64,000 nt of DNA from Bacillota bacterium (GTDB lineage: Bacteria; Bacillota; SHA-98; Ch115): contig JABLXA010000005.1 of NCBI GenBank assembly GCA_013178415.1, positions 71,369 to 135,368 of the forward strand, written 5' to 3'. Of this stretch, positions 1 to 10,641 are shown in pieces; positions within the stretch are counted from its first letter, which is position 1; each line of letters opens with the position of its first letter. A program made the translations under genes and the position numbers. The notes beneath the pieces were generated by a model that worked only from the letters and a program-made list of their open reading frames with translations, was not told where the DNA came from and made no database searches.

Positions 1-480
1 TTCCAGCTTATTGCTGCCCAACAGGAGGCTCCCGGTCCGCGCGCCAATGACCGCGGTTCCCCATATCCCGCGCCGTGACAACTCCTCGGCCAGAAACAGC
101 AGGGGAGCTACGCCAGTGCCGCCAGCCACCAGCAACACAGGCCCAGATACTCCATCGATGGTGAAACCGTTTCCCAGGGGACCCATGACATCAAGGAAAT
201 CCCCAGGCTTTCTTTCGGCAAGATAGCGGGTGCCCAAACCTCTTATCTGATAGATGATGTCAAAATACCCATTTCGTTGATTTGCGCCGGCGATGCTAAA
301 TGGCCGCCTCAGAAGAGGATCTGACGGGGCTTGCCAAAAGTCCGGCACTTTTGCCGAACACAAAATATGCACGAATTGCCCCGGCCTTGCGCTACTTGAG
401 ATCTTTTCAGATTCCAGTGTCATCTGAAAAAGTCCCGGCGCAACGGGAAAGCTGCGTATGATCTTTACTGGGTCTGCCAT
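1..480 (-). CDS. pyrK: Dihydroorotate dehydrogenase electron-transfer subunit (partial, runs off window start)
   Basis: Not in the ORF track. Manual translation from ATG at 480 gives MADPVKIIRSFPVAPGLFQMTLE...PGQFVHI...LLRRPFSIAG...DVMGPLGNGF...LLVAGGTGVAPL, with FAD/NAD reductase motifs. It follows pyrC. Confidence 0.9.
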   Translation of the reverse strand, partial: MADPVKIIRSFPVAPGLFQMTLESEKISSSARPGQFVHILCSAKVPDFWQAPSDPLLRRPFSIAGANQRNGYFDIIYQIRGLGTRYLAERKPGDFLDVMGPLGNGFTIDGVSGPVLLVAGGTGVAPLLFLAEELSRRGIWGTAVIGARTGSLLLGSNKLE

Positions 481-543
481 CAAAGCGCCATCACCGCCCT
501 AATGTAAACTCGCCCTCATGATTGCCCGGACGGCACAGCAGGT

Positions 544-1830
544 TTATGCCGGAAATACTATCCTTCCTCCAACTATGGTATAGCAGACTTTCCCCCGGAC
601 CTTCCTGCCTTGGAATGGGGAGTTCCTTGACATGGAACGAAAATCGCTGACATCTATAGTAAATTCTCTATCCAGATCGACCACAGTAATGTCTGCATCG
701 GCTCCCGGCCCGATCCATCCCTTGTTCTCGAGTCCGAGGATCCTGGCGGGCGCATATGACATGAGGCGCCCCAGGGCCACAAGTGATATTTCTCCTCTAT
801 GGATAAGCTCAGTTACGGCGAGCGGGACCGCTGTCTCAAGCCCTATGATGCCGAATGGCGCGAGATCGAATTCTACTTCCTTTTCCTCCAAGGTATGAGG
901 CGCATGATCAGTAGCGATCACATCAACCGTGCCATCTGCTATGGCCGCCCTTAAGGCCGCCACATCTCCTTCCGTCCTGAGAGGCGGGTTCATCTTAGTA
1001 TTGGTATCATAATCCCTGACGGCTTCCTCTGTCAAAGTGAAATGATGCGGAGTGACTTCACAGGTCACTTTGACGCCGCGTCCCTTGGCCTCTCTTATCA
1101 GCTCGATTGAACGCGCTGTAGATACATGGGCTATATGAATTCGTCCACCAGTCATCTCCGCCAGTATGAGATTCCGCGATACGGCTATCTCTTCACTGGC
1201 CGCGGGAATGCCGCGCAATCCCAGTTCAATGGAGAGAGCACCCTCATTCATCGCGCCGCCTGAGGAAAGATCGTTATCTTCAGCATGGGAGATAAATGGC
1301 ATATTGAACATCCTCGAATATTCCAGGACTCTCCGCACGACCTTTGAGCTAGATATGGGAAAGCCATCATCAGATAAGGCGACGGCCCCTGCCCGGAATA
1401 GCTCCCCGATCTCGGAGAGCTCTTCCCCTTGCATGCCGCGCGTTGCCGCGCCGATAGGAAATATGTTCGCCAGACCGCAAGCACTGCCCCTGACTTTTAT
1501 AAACTCTATGAGAGGGGCGCAGTCTAGGGGAGGATCTGTATTGGGCATGCATGCAATAGATGTGAATCCTCCAGACACGGCAGCCGCGCTGCCAGTCTCA
1601 ATGGTCTCTTCGTCCTCCCGGCCGGGTTCCCTGAGGTGGACATGCATATCAATGAACCCGGGGAAGATGACAAGCCCCGCGACATCTAGCGTTTCAGCCC
1701 CATCCATCACTAGATCATGCCCCACCTCGATGATTTTGCCATCTTCTATAGCTATGTCGGCTATGTCATCAGATCCGCTCCGAGGATCTACGACCTTACC
1801 ACCCTTAAGAAGTAATTTCACGTGGATCAC
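544..1830 (-). CDS. pyrC: Dihydroorotase
   Basis: [31 protein letters not shown] and ATDHAPH motifs; pyr context. Confidence 0.96.
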   Translation of the reverse strand: MIHVKLLLKGGKVVDPRSGSDDIADIAIEDGKIIEVGHDLVMDGAETLDVAGLVIFPGFIDMHVHLREPGREDEETIETGSAAAVSGGFTSIACMPNTDPPLDCAPLIEFIKVRGSACGLANIFPIGAATRGMQGEELSEIGELFRAGAVALSDDGFPISSSKVVRRVLEYSRMFNMPFISHAEDNDLSSGGAMNEGALSIELGLRGIPAASEEIAVSRNLILAEMTGGRIHIAHVSTARSIELIREAKGRGVKVTCEVTPHHFTLTEEAVRDYDTNTKMNPPLRTEGDVAALRAAIADGTVDVIATDHAPHTLEEKEVEFDLAPFGIIGLETAVPLAVTELIHRGEISLVALGRLMSYAPARILGLENKGWIGPGADADITVVDLDREFTIDVSDFRSMSRNSPFQGRKVRGKVCYTIVGGRIVFPA

Positions 1831-2746
1831 CCCCGCCAGAAAGGAGATATAATAATGCCATCCTCACAGCCACTCCATTTGTCACCTGTTCCCGTATGAC
1901 AGATTGAGGACTGGATGCCACTTCCTCTGTTATCTCAACGCCCAGGTTTGCGGGCCCGGGATGCATGAGCATGGCATCTTCCCGAGCAAGCTTGAGCCTT
2001 GTTGAATTCATCCCCCACAGCGCCGAATATTCCCTGAGGCTTGGCAAAAGTCCGCCCTGCTGGCGCTCCTTCTGTATCCTGAGCACATTTATGACATCCG
2101 CCCCCTGAAGGGCTTTATCCAGGTCATACTGCACCTCTGCGCCCATATGCTCAATATCAGGCGGCATGAGCGTCGGCGGTCCAGATAGGACGACCCTTGC
2201 TCCCAATTTGACCAGTCCCCAAATATCCGACTTTGCCACCCTGCTGTGCAAAATATCCCCTATAATCACCGCCTTGAGCCCTTCTATTCGCCCCTTATGC
2301 CTCCTTATTGTAAAAAGGTCCAGAAAGGCTTGGGTCGGATGCTCGTGCATACCATCACCGGCATTGATCACAGAAGCTTTTACTGTACGAGCCACGAAAT
2401 GCGGGGCGCCAGCCATCTGATGCCTCATGACGATTACATCTGCAGCCAGGGATTCCAGGGTCCTGACCGTATCTTTCAAGCTCTCGCCTTTGGCTACACT
2501 ACTAGCAGATACTGTGATATTTATCACGTCAGCGCTCATCCACTTGCCTGCCAGTTCAAAGGATGTCCTCGTCCGGGTGCTCGGCTCGTAAAAGAGATTT
2601 ACCATTGTCTTTCCCCTCAATGTCGGAAGCTTCTTGATTTCGCGAGCAAAGATCTCCCGGCACGGTTCGGCAGTATCCAGGACGAGCTCGATCTCCTCTC
2701 TGGAGAGCTCCCGGATGCCAAGCAAATCCTTATGTCTCCACATCAT
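1805..2746 (-). CDS. pyrB: Aspartate carbamoyltransferase catalytic subunit
   Basis: [33 protein letters not shown] and HPGP motifs. Confidence 0.97.
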   Translation of the reverse strand: MMWRHKDLLGIRELSREEIELVLDTAEPCREIFAREIKKLPTLRGKTMVNLFYEPSTRTRTSFELAGKWMSADVINITVSASSVAKGESLKDTVRTLESLAADVIVMRHQMAGAPHFVARTVKASVINAGDGMHEHPTQAFLDLFTIRRHKGRIEGLKAVIIGDILHSRVAKSDIWGLVKLGARVVLSGPPTLMPPDIEHMGAEVQYDLDKALQGADVINVLRIQKERQQGGLLPSLREYSALWGMNSTRLKLAREDAMLMHPGPANLGVEITEEVASSPQSVIREQVTNGVAVRMALLYLLSGGGDPREITS

Positions 2747-2842
2747 ACTCTCACCTTGCTTTCGAATTCCAGTCTATGAGCCAGCCCCATTCTGATACTT
2801 GCACGGAATCAAGACGCCGGGTCATCCAAGACGCCGTACACC

Positions 2843-2876
2843 AAAAGCTCCCTGCCGGCACAGGCCGACAAGGAGC
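2843..2876 (-). terminator. Attenuator terminator between pyrR and pyrB
   Basis: Minus strand reads GCTCCTTGTCGGC-CTGT-GCCGGCAGGGAGC-TTTT, just downstream of the PyrR binding loop. Confidence 0.8.
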
Positions 2877-2891
2877 GAACTCTTTGGTTCT

Positions 2892-2925
2892 TCCCTTGCC
2901 AGCCTCTCTGGACTGATTTAAAGGG
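2892..2925 (-). promoter_or_regulatory. PyrR-binding RNA element (anti-antiterminator)
   Basis: Minus strand CCCTTTAAATC-AGTCCAGAGAGGCT-GGCAAGGG. The core (2901-2914) matches the PyrR consensus ARUCCNGNGAGGYU and is preceded by UUUAA. Confidence 0.92.
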
Positions 2926-2934
2926 TCTCTATTT

Positions 2935-3546
<612 letters not shown>

Positions 3547-4152
3547 CTAGTTTGTAGGCTTCTTACTCGCTGTCTTCTCTCCCAGACGATGCTCAGTGCC
3601 AGCGTGAATCCTCTGGATATTCTTCCAGTGTCGGATGACGATAAAGGCCCCGGCCACCACCGAAAAGACTATTATGGCGGCGGGGAGGTGAAGAGCATAT
3701 GAGATGAATGGGGCCAGCGCTGCAGCTGATACCGATCCCAGGGACACATACCTCGTCGCTGCCACCACAAACACGAAGACCAGTATGACCGCTACTGTTA
3801 GAGCTGGAGATAGCATCAAGGCAACCCCGAGGGAGGTCGCTACCCCCTTGCCACCTTTAAATCCGAGAAATATCGACCAGTTATGCCCCGCTATAGCCGC
3901 AAGCCCTGCCAACATTACGGCCCATTGATTCACCAGGATTCTCTTTGCCAGGAACATGGCCAGCAGCCCCTTTCCTACGTCTCCCACCAGCACCACGACG
4001 GCCGCCGGGATTCCCAGCACCCTGAGGACATTGGTGGCCCCGATGTTGCCGCTGCCATAACGACGCACATCCTTGCCCAGGACCTTACTTGCCAGCACAC
4101 CGAACGGTATCGACCCCAGAAGATACCCAAGGCATAGAACCAGTAGAGTCAT
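3547..4152 (-). CDS. plsY: Glycerol-3-phosphate acyltransferase
   Basis: YLLGSIPFG, GSGNIGATNVLR, GHNWSIF.FKGGKGVAT and RHWKNIQRI..G.E motifs. Confidence 0.95.
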   Translation of the reverse strand: MTLLVLCLGYLLGSIPFGVLASKVLGKDVRRYGSGNIGATNVLRVLGIPAAVVVLVGDVGKGLLAMFLAKRILVNQWAVMLAGLAAIAGHNWSIFLGFKGGKGVATSLGVALMLSPALTVAVILVFVFVVAATRYVSLGSVSAAALAPFISYALHLPAAIIVFSVVAGAFIVIRHWKNIQRIHAGTEHRLGEKTASKKPTN

Positions 4153-5123
4153 AACGTCCCAGACTCCTCCTTACCAGCTCGCGCTCTCAAAAGAGAAACA
4201 ATTGTCATCATATCATCCGGAAGGCCAGATTCAAAGCTCACAGGCTCGCGAGTCCTTGGATGGTAAAATGAAAGCGACTTGGCATGAAGAGCCTGGCCCT
4301 GTATGTCTAGATCTCTCGTCTTCCCGCCATACAGAGGATCTCCGACGATCGGATGGCCGATGGACGCAAGATGAACCCTTATCTGGTGTGTACGCCCTGT
4401 CGCGGGATGGATCTCCAGGAACGAATATCCAGGGAATATCTCGATTGTCTTGTACCCCGTAATCGCAGGTCTCCCCTTCCCATCGGAAATAATAGCCATT
4501 TTCTTTCGATGAACCGGATGTCTGCCGATAGGCGCATTAATGACCCCGCTCCGGGGATGTACAACCCCGCGTACCAGCGCAACGTATACCTTTTTTACTT
4601 CCCTCGCTTTAAATTGACGGGCAAGCTCGAGATGGCTCATGTCGTTCTTTGCTATAACCATCACCCCTGAGGTATCCTTATCCAACCTGTGGACTATCCC
4701 CGGGCGGAGGACCCCCCCAATGCCCGATAAATCCTTGCAATGGCCAAGCAGGGCATTTACGAGGGTTCCTGAAGGCTTGCCGGCGCCGGGATGGACCGTC
4801 ATCCCCCTTGGCTTATTTATGACTATTATGTCTCCATCTTCGTAAAGCACATCCAATGCGGTCTTCTCAGCCTCGACCTTGAGCGGCTCTGGCTCCGGGA
4901 TTCTCCCGGATATCAAGTCCCCAGCCCGCACCCTGTAGCTGGGACGCCTGGAAACGCCATTGACGAATATCTGCCCATCATCTATCAGCTTCCGGATGAA
5001 AGATCTTGACAGATCGCCATAATCTGAGGAAAGACGTTCCGTCAGAAAGACATCAAGCCTCTCTCCATCATACTGGCCGACATTTATCTCAAAAGATCTG
5101 CCCTTAGTTATCATGAATATCAA
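4149..5123 (-). CDS. rluD: RluA/RluD family 23S rRNA pseudouridine synthase
   Basis: N-terminal S4-like domain, NKPRGMTVHP, HRLDKDTSG and TGRTHQIRVH. Exact start uncertain. Confidence 0.92.
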   Translation of the reverse strand: MIFMITKGRSFEINVGQYDGERLDVFLTERLSSDYGDLSRSFIRKLIDDGQIFVNGVSRRPSYRVRAGDLISGRIPEPEPLKVEAEKTALDVLYEDGDIIVINKPRGMTVHPGAGKPSGTLVNALLGHCKDLSGIGGVLRPGIVHRLDKDTSGVMVIAKNDMSHLELARQFKAREVKKVYVALVRGVVHPRSGVINAPIGRHPVHRKKMAIISDGKGRPAITGYKTIEIFPGYSFLEIHPATGRTHQIRVHLASIGHPIVGDPLYGGKTRDLDIQGQALHAKSLSFYHPRTREPVSFESGLPDDMMTIVSLLRARAGKEESGTL

Positions 5124-5178
5124 TATCCTTCGAATTCGCCCGAAAATGCTCCCCGCCGTGAGCAGCTGATGCCGAGGA

Positions 5179-5949
5179 CTATCTGCCCTGCGCAGGTAAT
5201 TTCTCTTCCGGCTTCGCAGCCTGATTGCTCAAGATTGATATGCAGAGGAATGAACCCAACGCCAGGACGATACTTACCACTTGCGTTATGGACAATGGTC
5301 CCAGGAATCTCGGCACATCTCTGAAGATCTCCACCACAAACCGAAGTATGGAGTAGAGGAATACATAGAAAAACATGAGATATCCGGGAAAATGACGTGA
5401 CTTTCTGGAGATCATCAGGATCGCGAAGATCATGAGACTGCCGATGGCTGCATATATCTGCGTCGGGTGACGAAGGGATTGGTCATAGGCGGCGCACTTG
5501 AGCGCCCACGGGAGATTGGTTGTAACTCCAAAGCAGCATCCATTTAGAAAGCAGCCTATGCGGGCGATGGAATAACCCAATGCAACGCTGGGCGCAGCGA
5601 TATCAGCAATCTCCCAAGCCGAGACCTTGTGCCTCCTGCAATACCAGATGCCCACTAGAATAGCAGTGAATAGTCCTCCATGAAAGGACAGGCCCCCATC
5701 CCTGAGCCTTAAGATCTCCATAGGTTCACTTAGGTAAACAGGAAGATCCAAGAGCACATATACGATCCGCGCCCCAACGATCCCGGCAATGCAGCTGTAT
5801 AGGGCTATATCGATTATAGCCTCGATGCTGATCCCCCGTCTCTTGGCCTGGATAATGCCAAAGATTGTGCCGACGACAAAGGCGACTGCGACAAAGAAAC
5901 CATATGAATATACCGGCGCACTGCCAATATGAAACAGAATCGGCCTCAA
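5179..5949 (-). CDS. lgt: Prolipoprotein diacylglyceryl transferase
   Basis: GARIVYV, GGLSFHGG, RIGCFLNGCCFG, HPTQIY and RFVVEIFR motifs. Confidence 0.94.
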   Translation of the reverse strand: MRPILFHIGSAPVYSYGFFVAVAFVVGTIFGIIQAKRRGISIEAIIDIALYSCIAGIVGARIVYVLLDLPVYLSEPMEILRLRDGGLSFHGGLFTAILVGIWYCRRHKVSAWEIADIAAPSVALGYSIARIGCFLNGCCFGVTTNLPWALKCAAYDQSLRHPTQIYAAIGSLMIFAILMISRKSRHFPGYLMFFYVFLYSILRFVVEIFRDVPRFLGPLSITQVVSIVLALGSFLCISILSNQAAKPEEKLPAQGR

Positions 5950-5973
5950 ATCAATTCCCCCAATTCGTGCATC

Positions 5974-6011
5974 GTGGCAATCATATCATACCGGGTGGCA
6001 ATCATATCATA
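5974..6011. repeat. Perfect 17-bp direct repeat, 21-bp period
   Basis: GTGGCAATCATATCATA at 5974-5990 and 5995-6011, separated by CCGG, in the lspA-lgt intergenic gap. Confidence 0.9.
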
Positions 6012-6015
6012 TTAA

Positions 6016-6519
6016 TCACTGCCGCCTCGAAGCTATGACCACGCCATACAGAATCAGCCCTGCTCCAAAAACTATCGCCACATCCGCGAAATTGAAGATA
6101 GGCCATACGCGAAAATCTATGAAATCAATGACCCTGCCTATCCGGATACGATCGATGAGGTTTCCGAGAGCCCCAGCCAGCACGCCGACGGCCCCGATCA
6201 GGAAAGATCCGTTCGTGAGGACCAACCGGCTCGTCAGGAGGACAAGAGCGGCGGCAATCAAGACCGTAATGATGAGCGCCAATCCATTGCTGCCAGCAAA
6301 GAGCCCGAAAGCTACGCCTGAGTTCTTCACATAAGTGAGATGAAGCACACCTCTGACAATTGGAATCGATTCCCCTGGCATAAGCTTGGCCATGACCCAG
6401 GCCTTAGTCATCTGATCCACAGCGATGATCAGGAGCCCAAATGGAAAATATCTTACAGCGCTGGACGCCAGTGCGCTCATGAGACTCCCCTGACTCTCAT
6501 CATTTATGTGTCGTTTCAT
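6016..6519 (-). CDS. lspA: Lipoprotein signal peptidase II
   Basis: DQMTK, NSGVAFG, GALGNLIDR and VIDFIDF..WPIFNFAD motifs; AAGGAGG SD. Confidence 0.96.
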   Translation of the reverse strand: MKRHINDESQGSLMSALASSAVRYFPFGLLIIAVDQMTKAWVMAKLMPGESIPIVRGVLHLTYVKNSGVAFGLFAGSNGLALIITVLIAAALVLLTSRLVLTNGSFLIGAVGVLAGALGNLIDRIRIGRVIDFIDFRVWPIFNFADVAIVFGAGLILYGVVIASRRQ

Positions 6520-6613
6520 GCCCTCCTTATCTTAACACATAAGAACGCGACAGTCACCAGGTAGGGCTAAATGGACACATGGCTCCCGCTCCCCCTATGC
6601 GCCGAGAAAGATT

Positions 6614-7291
6614 TTACTTCGACCTTAGCCTATGCCGGTGCCTGTAGATATCAGGAAGCGGCGGGATTTCCTCACCTTCCTCATCGCCTTCAATGATAAG
6701 GTCAGTCTCTTCTGCCGCCCCCCGGAGTTCATCGCCTTCTATATAGCTATTCCCTATATCATCAGGACCACCAAGGTCCTGCGGCGTGTTGGAGGTGCCG
6801 TAGCGGGCGACATCCTGCCATATATCCTCCCCGTCAATCCCAGGCGTACGCCCATCCATGAAATGCCGATCATAGGACACTAGGGCGGATTCCTCTATCG
6901 GTCTATTGAATCTATCTGGCACGGAGATTTCCTGCTCTCTCGCGCATCCGGCACAGAGAGCTACATATGGCATGATCTTCAGCCTCTCCTCCTCGATTTC
7001 CCCGCCACAATGCTCACAAACACCATATGTGCCCTTCTCGATTCGTTCCAGGGCATCATTTACACGCTTGATCAATCCAGCAAGGTCAGCCCTTGTCCCG
7101 ACATCCCTCTCGCGTTCAGCAACATTCGAGCCCTCATCCGCCGGATGATTATCATAGCTGGAAAGCTCTCCAATCGCGTCTTTTGCCGCTATTCCGAGCC
7201 CTGTATCGTTTATCGAGTCTATCATCTCCTGAAGTCGAGCCTTTTCCTCAATGAGGGCGGCCTTGAAACCGGATAGTTTATCTTTATCCAT
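6614..7291 (-). CDS. YlyA/YteA family TraR/DksA C4 zinc-finger sporulation protein
   Basis: ELSSYDNHPAD and ALERIEKGTYGVCEHC...ERL...P...LCAGC, with an acidic YteA-type C-terminus. It sits upstream of lspA, like B. subtilis ylyA. Confidence 0.88.
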   Translation of the reverse strand: MDKDKLSGFKAALIEEKARLQEMIDSINDTGLGIAAKDAIGELSSYDNHPADEGSNVAERERDVGTRADLAGLIKRVNDALERIEKGTYGVCEHCGGEIEEERLKIMPYVALCAGCAREQEISVPDRFNRPIEESALVSYDRHFMDGRTPGIDGEDIWQDVARYGTSNTPQDLGGPDDIGNSYIEGDELRGAAEETDLIIEGDEEGEEIPPLPDIYRHRHRLRSK

Positions 7292-7361
7292 GCGCTTTCA
7301 CCCCTGCAGCAACTCCCGTAATGCCACCCCGGGGCGTGAAAAGAAATCATCGTAATAGACA

Positions 7362-7679
7362 TCAACGGAGGTGGAGCTGCACTATGCCAACTATCTCAGC
7401 GATGAATTTCCCGATCACCGGGAGATTCCACTTCACAACCAGGGTCATCAGGTAAAGAAACAAAGCGGCGAGTACCGTGGCACCCACGCCAATGCCGAAA
7501 CCTCGAGCAAGCCCACCCAGTAGATTGGCGTAAATGATCCTCCTGGGATTTCTCAGGAACTCCACGTATTCCGCAATGCTGGCCTTTTCCAGACGTGATG
7601 ATAGTTCATTTATCCGGATTATCAATGTCTCAACAGTTCCCTGGTCAAGTTCCTTCTTCATGCGCAAAGACGCCGGCAC
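7362..7679 (-). CDS. DUF5665-like small membrane protein
   Basis: EYVEFLRNPRRIIYANLLGGLARGFGIGVGAT and NLPVIGKFIAEIV match a conserved clostridial family; one to two TM segments. Confidence 0.75.
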   Translation of the reverse strand: MPASLRMKKELDQGTVETLIIRINELSSRLEKASIAEYVEFLRNPRRIIYANLLGGLARGFGIGVGATVLAALFLYLMTLVVKWNLPVIGKFIAEIVGIVQLHLR

Positions 7680-7733
7680 TGAAGTGCCTCGTTATGCCTC
7701 CTAACCCGGGGTCCGATATTCCTTTGACTTAAA

Positions 7734-7764
7734 TAGTCTTTCCAGAAATCGCCCCCTGGTATCC
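7734..7764 (-). promoter_or_regulatory. Putative sigmaF/sigmaG forespore promoter for DUF5665-ylyA
   Basis: Minus strand GGATA-N16-GGAAAGACTA resembles GYATA-N15/16-GGnrAnAnT. Confidence 0.5.
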
Positions 7765-7813
7765 TTGCGTATCTCTGGCGTCAGGCGGGGAAAGCGCTAT
7801 ATTTTGGGATCTA

Positions 7814-8122
7814 TTATAGATTCCCAATATCTTCCGGATGGCACTGGGATCTTGAAACCACTATGCCCAGACGCCCTTTCTTGGTCTGGCCCGTTACTTC
7901 CTCGAGCTTCACTAGTGTCCTGCGCCCTTTTGCGGTGATAGTATCTCCAAGTTTCACCGGCTTTGATGGGTCCGTCACTGGCACGGAATTTACGCGCACT
8001 CTTTCTGCCTTTATTTCCTCAGCTATCTTAGACCTCGATGTCGAGAAACCAAGCGCTGCCACTGCATCGAGGCGCAAGCTGGCCACCGTTCCCCTTATAA
8101 TGACTGGATCCATAGATATCAT
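7814..8122 (-). CDS. YlmH-like S4 RNA-binding protein (C-terminal domain only)
   Basis: TVASLRLDAVAALGFSTSRSK...VKLGDTITAKG...TKKGR matches the YlmH C-terminal S4 region. Only 102 aa; overlaps the sepF stop. Confidence 0.8.
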   Translation of the reverse strand: MISMDPVIIRGTVASLRLDAVAALGFSTSRSKIAEEIKAERVRVNSVPVTDPSKPVKLGDTITAKGRRTLVKLEEVTGQTKKGRLGIVVSRSQCHPEDIGNL

Positions 8123-8595
8123 CCCCTAAAAGGAGGTTTTGGCGAGAAAAATGGTGTCTCATCCTCGGCCTTATCATCGATCTCGCCAGTTACCTCGAAA
8201 TTGTTTGGGGTAAATAGAAAGATGCCGTCCCCTATCCTCTGCATAGCGCCATCAATGGCATAAGTCACTCCGCTCGCCACATCGAGAATGCGCCTCGCGA
8301 CATCCTTGCCCAACGCTGAAACATTCACAATTACCGGACGCCTGCTCTTGAGATTATTCGCTATCTCCTGCACATCATCAAAAGCCTTTGGCTCGGAGAT
8401 GACTAGCCTCGCCTGCCTAGCGGACCGGAGTGATACCAGCTTCCTGGATGATTTCGACTCGGGAAGATCCGCCAAGAACTCATCCTCATCGGCAGTCTCC
8501 ACTGGTTCGTCCACTGTTTCCTCCTTTGATTCTGCCGTCTCTCCCGCATCGCCAAATCCCATGAAATCGAGGACTCTATCGACAAAGCCCTTCAT
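8119..8595 (-). CDS. sepF: Cell division protein SepF
   Basis: N-terminal amphipathic DRVLDFMGF; EP..FDD.QEIA..LK...PVIVN, RILD..SG..YA.DG and IFLFTP motifs. Confidence 0.95.
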   Translation of the reverse strand: MKGFVDRVLDFMGFGDAGETAESKEETVDEPVETADEDEFLADLPESKSSRKLVSLRSARQARLVISEPKAFDDVQEIANNLKSRRPVIVNVSALGKDVARRILDVASGVTYAIDGAMQRIGDGIFLFTPNNFEVTGEIDDKAEDETPFFSPKPPFRG

Positions 8596-8609
8596 TTTTG
8601 ATCCCTCCG

Positions 8610-9302
8610 CTATGTTGTATCCCCTGAAAAGATCGCCCTGCCAATTCTCACCATATTCGCCCCTTCTGAAATAGCGACTTCAAAATCATGACTCATTCCC
8701 ATTGAGAGGTACTTCATCGAAATCCAGGGGAATTTCGTCTCACGCGCTTTATGAAAAAGATCCCGGGCCATAGCAAAATATGGCCTTGCTGCTTCAGGGT
8801 CGCCGAAATACGGAGCCATGGCCATAAGCCCTTCGATTTCAATGTGATCATAATGCGCGGCCTGTTCCAAAAACGCGAGAACTTCTTCACGCGGGAAGCC
8901 AAATTTCGTGGCTTCGTGAGATACCTTGACTTCAACAAAGGCCTTGACCTTTTTCCCGAGCTTCGCAGCAGTGATATTGAGGGCCTCGGCAAGCCTTACG
9001 CTATCAAGGGATTGAATCACATCAAACAGTTCGATGGCGCGTTTCACCTTATTAGTTTGTAGATGCCCTATCATGTGCCAACTGACGCCGGACCCAAGCG
9101 TTGTTATCTTCGGGTATGCCTCCTGCACCCTGTTCTCTCCCAGAATATCCACGCCGCAGGCCACAACCTCCCTGATGGAGGCCACATCCGCATTTTTCGT
9201 GACCACTACAAGGGCGACATCGCCGACCGGGAAGCGAGAATTTTGCCGGGCTTTCTCTATTCGTTCTCTCACTTTCATAAAGTTTTCTCTGATTCTTGAC
9301 AT
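8610..9302 (-). CDS. yggS: YggS/YlmE PLP homeostasis protein
   Basis: VVTK, GENRVQE, WHMIGHLQTNKVK and LSMGMSHDFEVAISEGANMVRIG. Start set at ATG 9302 behind an SD. Confidence 0.94.
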   Translation of the reverse strand: MSRIRENFMKVRERIEKARQNSRFPVGDVALVVVTKNADVASIREVVACGVDILGENRVQEAYPKITTLGSGVSWHMIGHLQTNKVKRAIELFDVIQSLDSVRLAEALNITAAKLGKKVKAFVEVKVSHEATKFGFPREEVLAFLEQAAHYDHIEIEGLMAMAPYFGDPEAARPYFAMARDLFHKARETKFPWISMKYLSMGMSHDFEVAISEGANMVRIGRAIFSGDTT

Positions 9303-9321
9303 TTTTCTCCCCCTGATGAGA

Positions 9322-10623
9322 TCATTTCCCCATACCATTCAGCATCCAGGGATTACAAATCACCCTGGAGCCTTCAGGAACCCCATTCAGGATCACGTAC
9401 TCCCCATCACTGGCCCCTGGCGATACTTTACGCTCGACCGCCCTTTCCCCACGAATTAAATATACATAATGATCCAGCCCCTTCTGGAATACCGCTTCGA
9501 CAGGCACTGCGACACCCTGAAAGATCCCTTTGACTAATTCCAGCCTCACCACGCGCTTATTATGAACCTCCGGCAGGAAAGCATCGATTCTCAGCGCGGC
9601 CGCCACCTGGCCGGAAGGGTTCCGGATTATCCTGGCCGGCCAACGAGACTGGCCAAATTCCGGAAATCTGACCCATACCTTTCCATTCTCACCTCTGTCT
9701 ATACTCAAATCTGCCAAGGGTATAGCAGTCATCCCCACAGTTTGTATGATCTTGAAGATCTCCTGCCCAGCATCTACTGCCTGTCCATCTATGACTCGCA
9801 TAGTCTTACTGCCCGAGCGCAGCCAAGATTCAATCTCCTGGGTCTTGCCGCCAGCGAGGATTTTACCTGTCATGCCTTCCATACCGTCAAAGGTGAAAGA
9901 AACTATCCCGGGGCTGTCGGACATGATCACCGAAGATACGAGTCCTAACATCTTTTCTTTTGAGTCTTTTTCCTTCTCCAGGCCCCTCGCGATTTTCCTG
10001 GCCTTGGCCTCTTCAACGGCCAGCCTTTGGGTGAGCTCGTCGATTCCCTCTTCGATCCGCCTGAGGGATTTCTCGAAAGACCGCGCTCCCCAGATATTAC
10101 GTTCGGCCCTACGCTGCCTGAGCTTTCTTTCAAGATCCTTCTTTTCCATTTGCAGCGCCAGAATCTGATCTTTTATCCTCTCTATATTGATAGTTGAGAC
10201 TAGCGTAAAATCGTCAAGAGTCCGCTTTGCCTCGATATATTCGCCCTCGACCCGAGATTGCGCCGGGTCATTCACGATCTGGGCAACAGGTGTGCCTACA
10301 CGCACAGCTGTTCCTTCGGGCACGATCTTTTCAAGATGCCCCTGAATAGGCGCGATAAAGACCTTCTCGTCCGCTGAAACAAAGGCATCGAAAGTCTCCG
10401 AAACTTCGATCACGCGCCTCTCGCATGTGGCGAGCTTGACTGCCTCCGGGACCAGCGTAGATTTCGTGCCGGTATATAGTGACCAGAATATTACTACGGC
10501 CCCCAGTAGGATAGCCCATGAGAAAACACTAGATAACACCTTTTTGCTGCGCCGCGGAGTTACCATCTTCCTGCGGCGATGCAGCCTCAAAGGACGGAGA
10601 TTCCTTGCTCCTATTTCCCTCAC
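9322..10623 (-). CDS. Membrane-fusion (HlyD/MFP-like) periplasmic adaptor protein, orphan
   Basis: N-terminal TM, lipoyl half-motif AP..G....V.EG..V..G..VA.I, long coiled hairpin, S..PG.V, and a C-terminal VP..AV...G...V...G..EG..V membrane-proximal domain. Confidence 0.75.
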   Translation of the reverse strand: MREIGARNLRPLRLHRRRKMVTPRRSKKVLSSVFSWAILLGAVVIFWSLYTGTKSTLVPEAVKLATCERRVIEVSETFDAFVSADEKVFIAPIQGHLEKIVPEGTAVRVGTPVAQIVNDPAQSRVEGEYIEAKRTLDDFTLVSTINIERIKDQILALQMEKKDLERKLRQRRAERNIWGARSFEKSLRRIEEGIDELTQRLAVEEAKARKIARGLEKEKDSKEKMLGLVSSVIMSDSPGIVSFTFDGMEGMTGKILAGGKTQEIESWLRSGSKTMRVIDGQAVDAGQEIFKIIQTVGMTAIPLADLSIDRGENGKVWVRFPEFGQSRWPARIIRNPSGQVAAALRIDAFLPEVHNKRVVRLELVKGIFQGVAVPVEAVFQKGLDHYVYLIRGERAVERKVSPGASDGEYVILNGVPEGSRVICNPWMLNGMGK

Positions 10624-10641
10624 GCTCCCACATAGAAGAAA

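Noticed and set aside
5974..6011. Direct repeat as a CRISPR remnant or insertion target-site duplication
   Set aside because: Only two 17-bp units with a 4-bp spacer, and no cas or transposase genes nearby.
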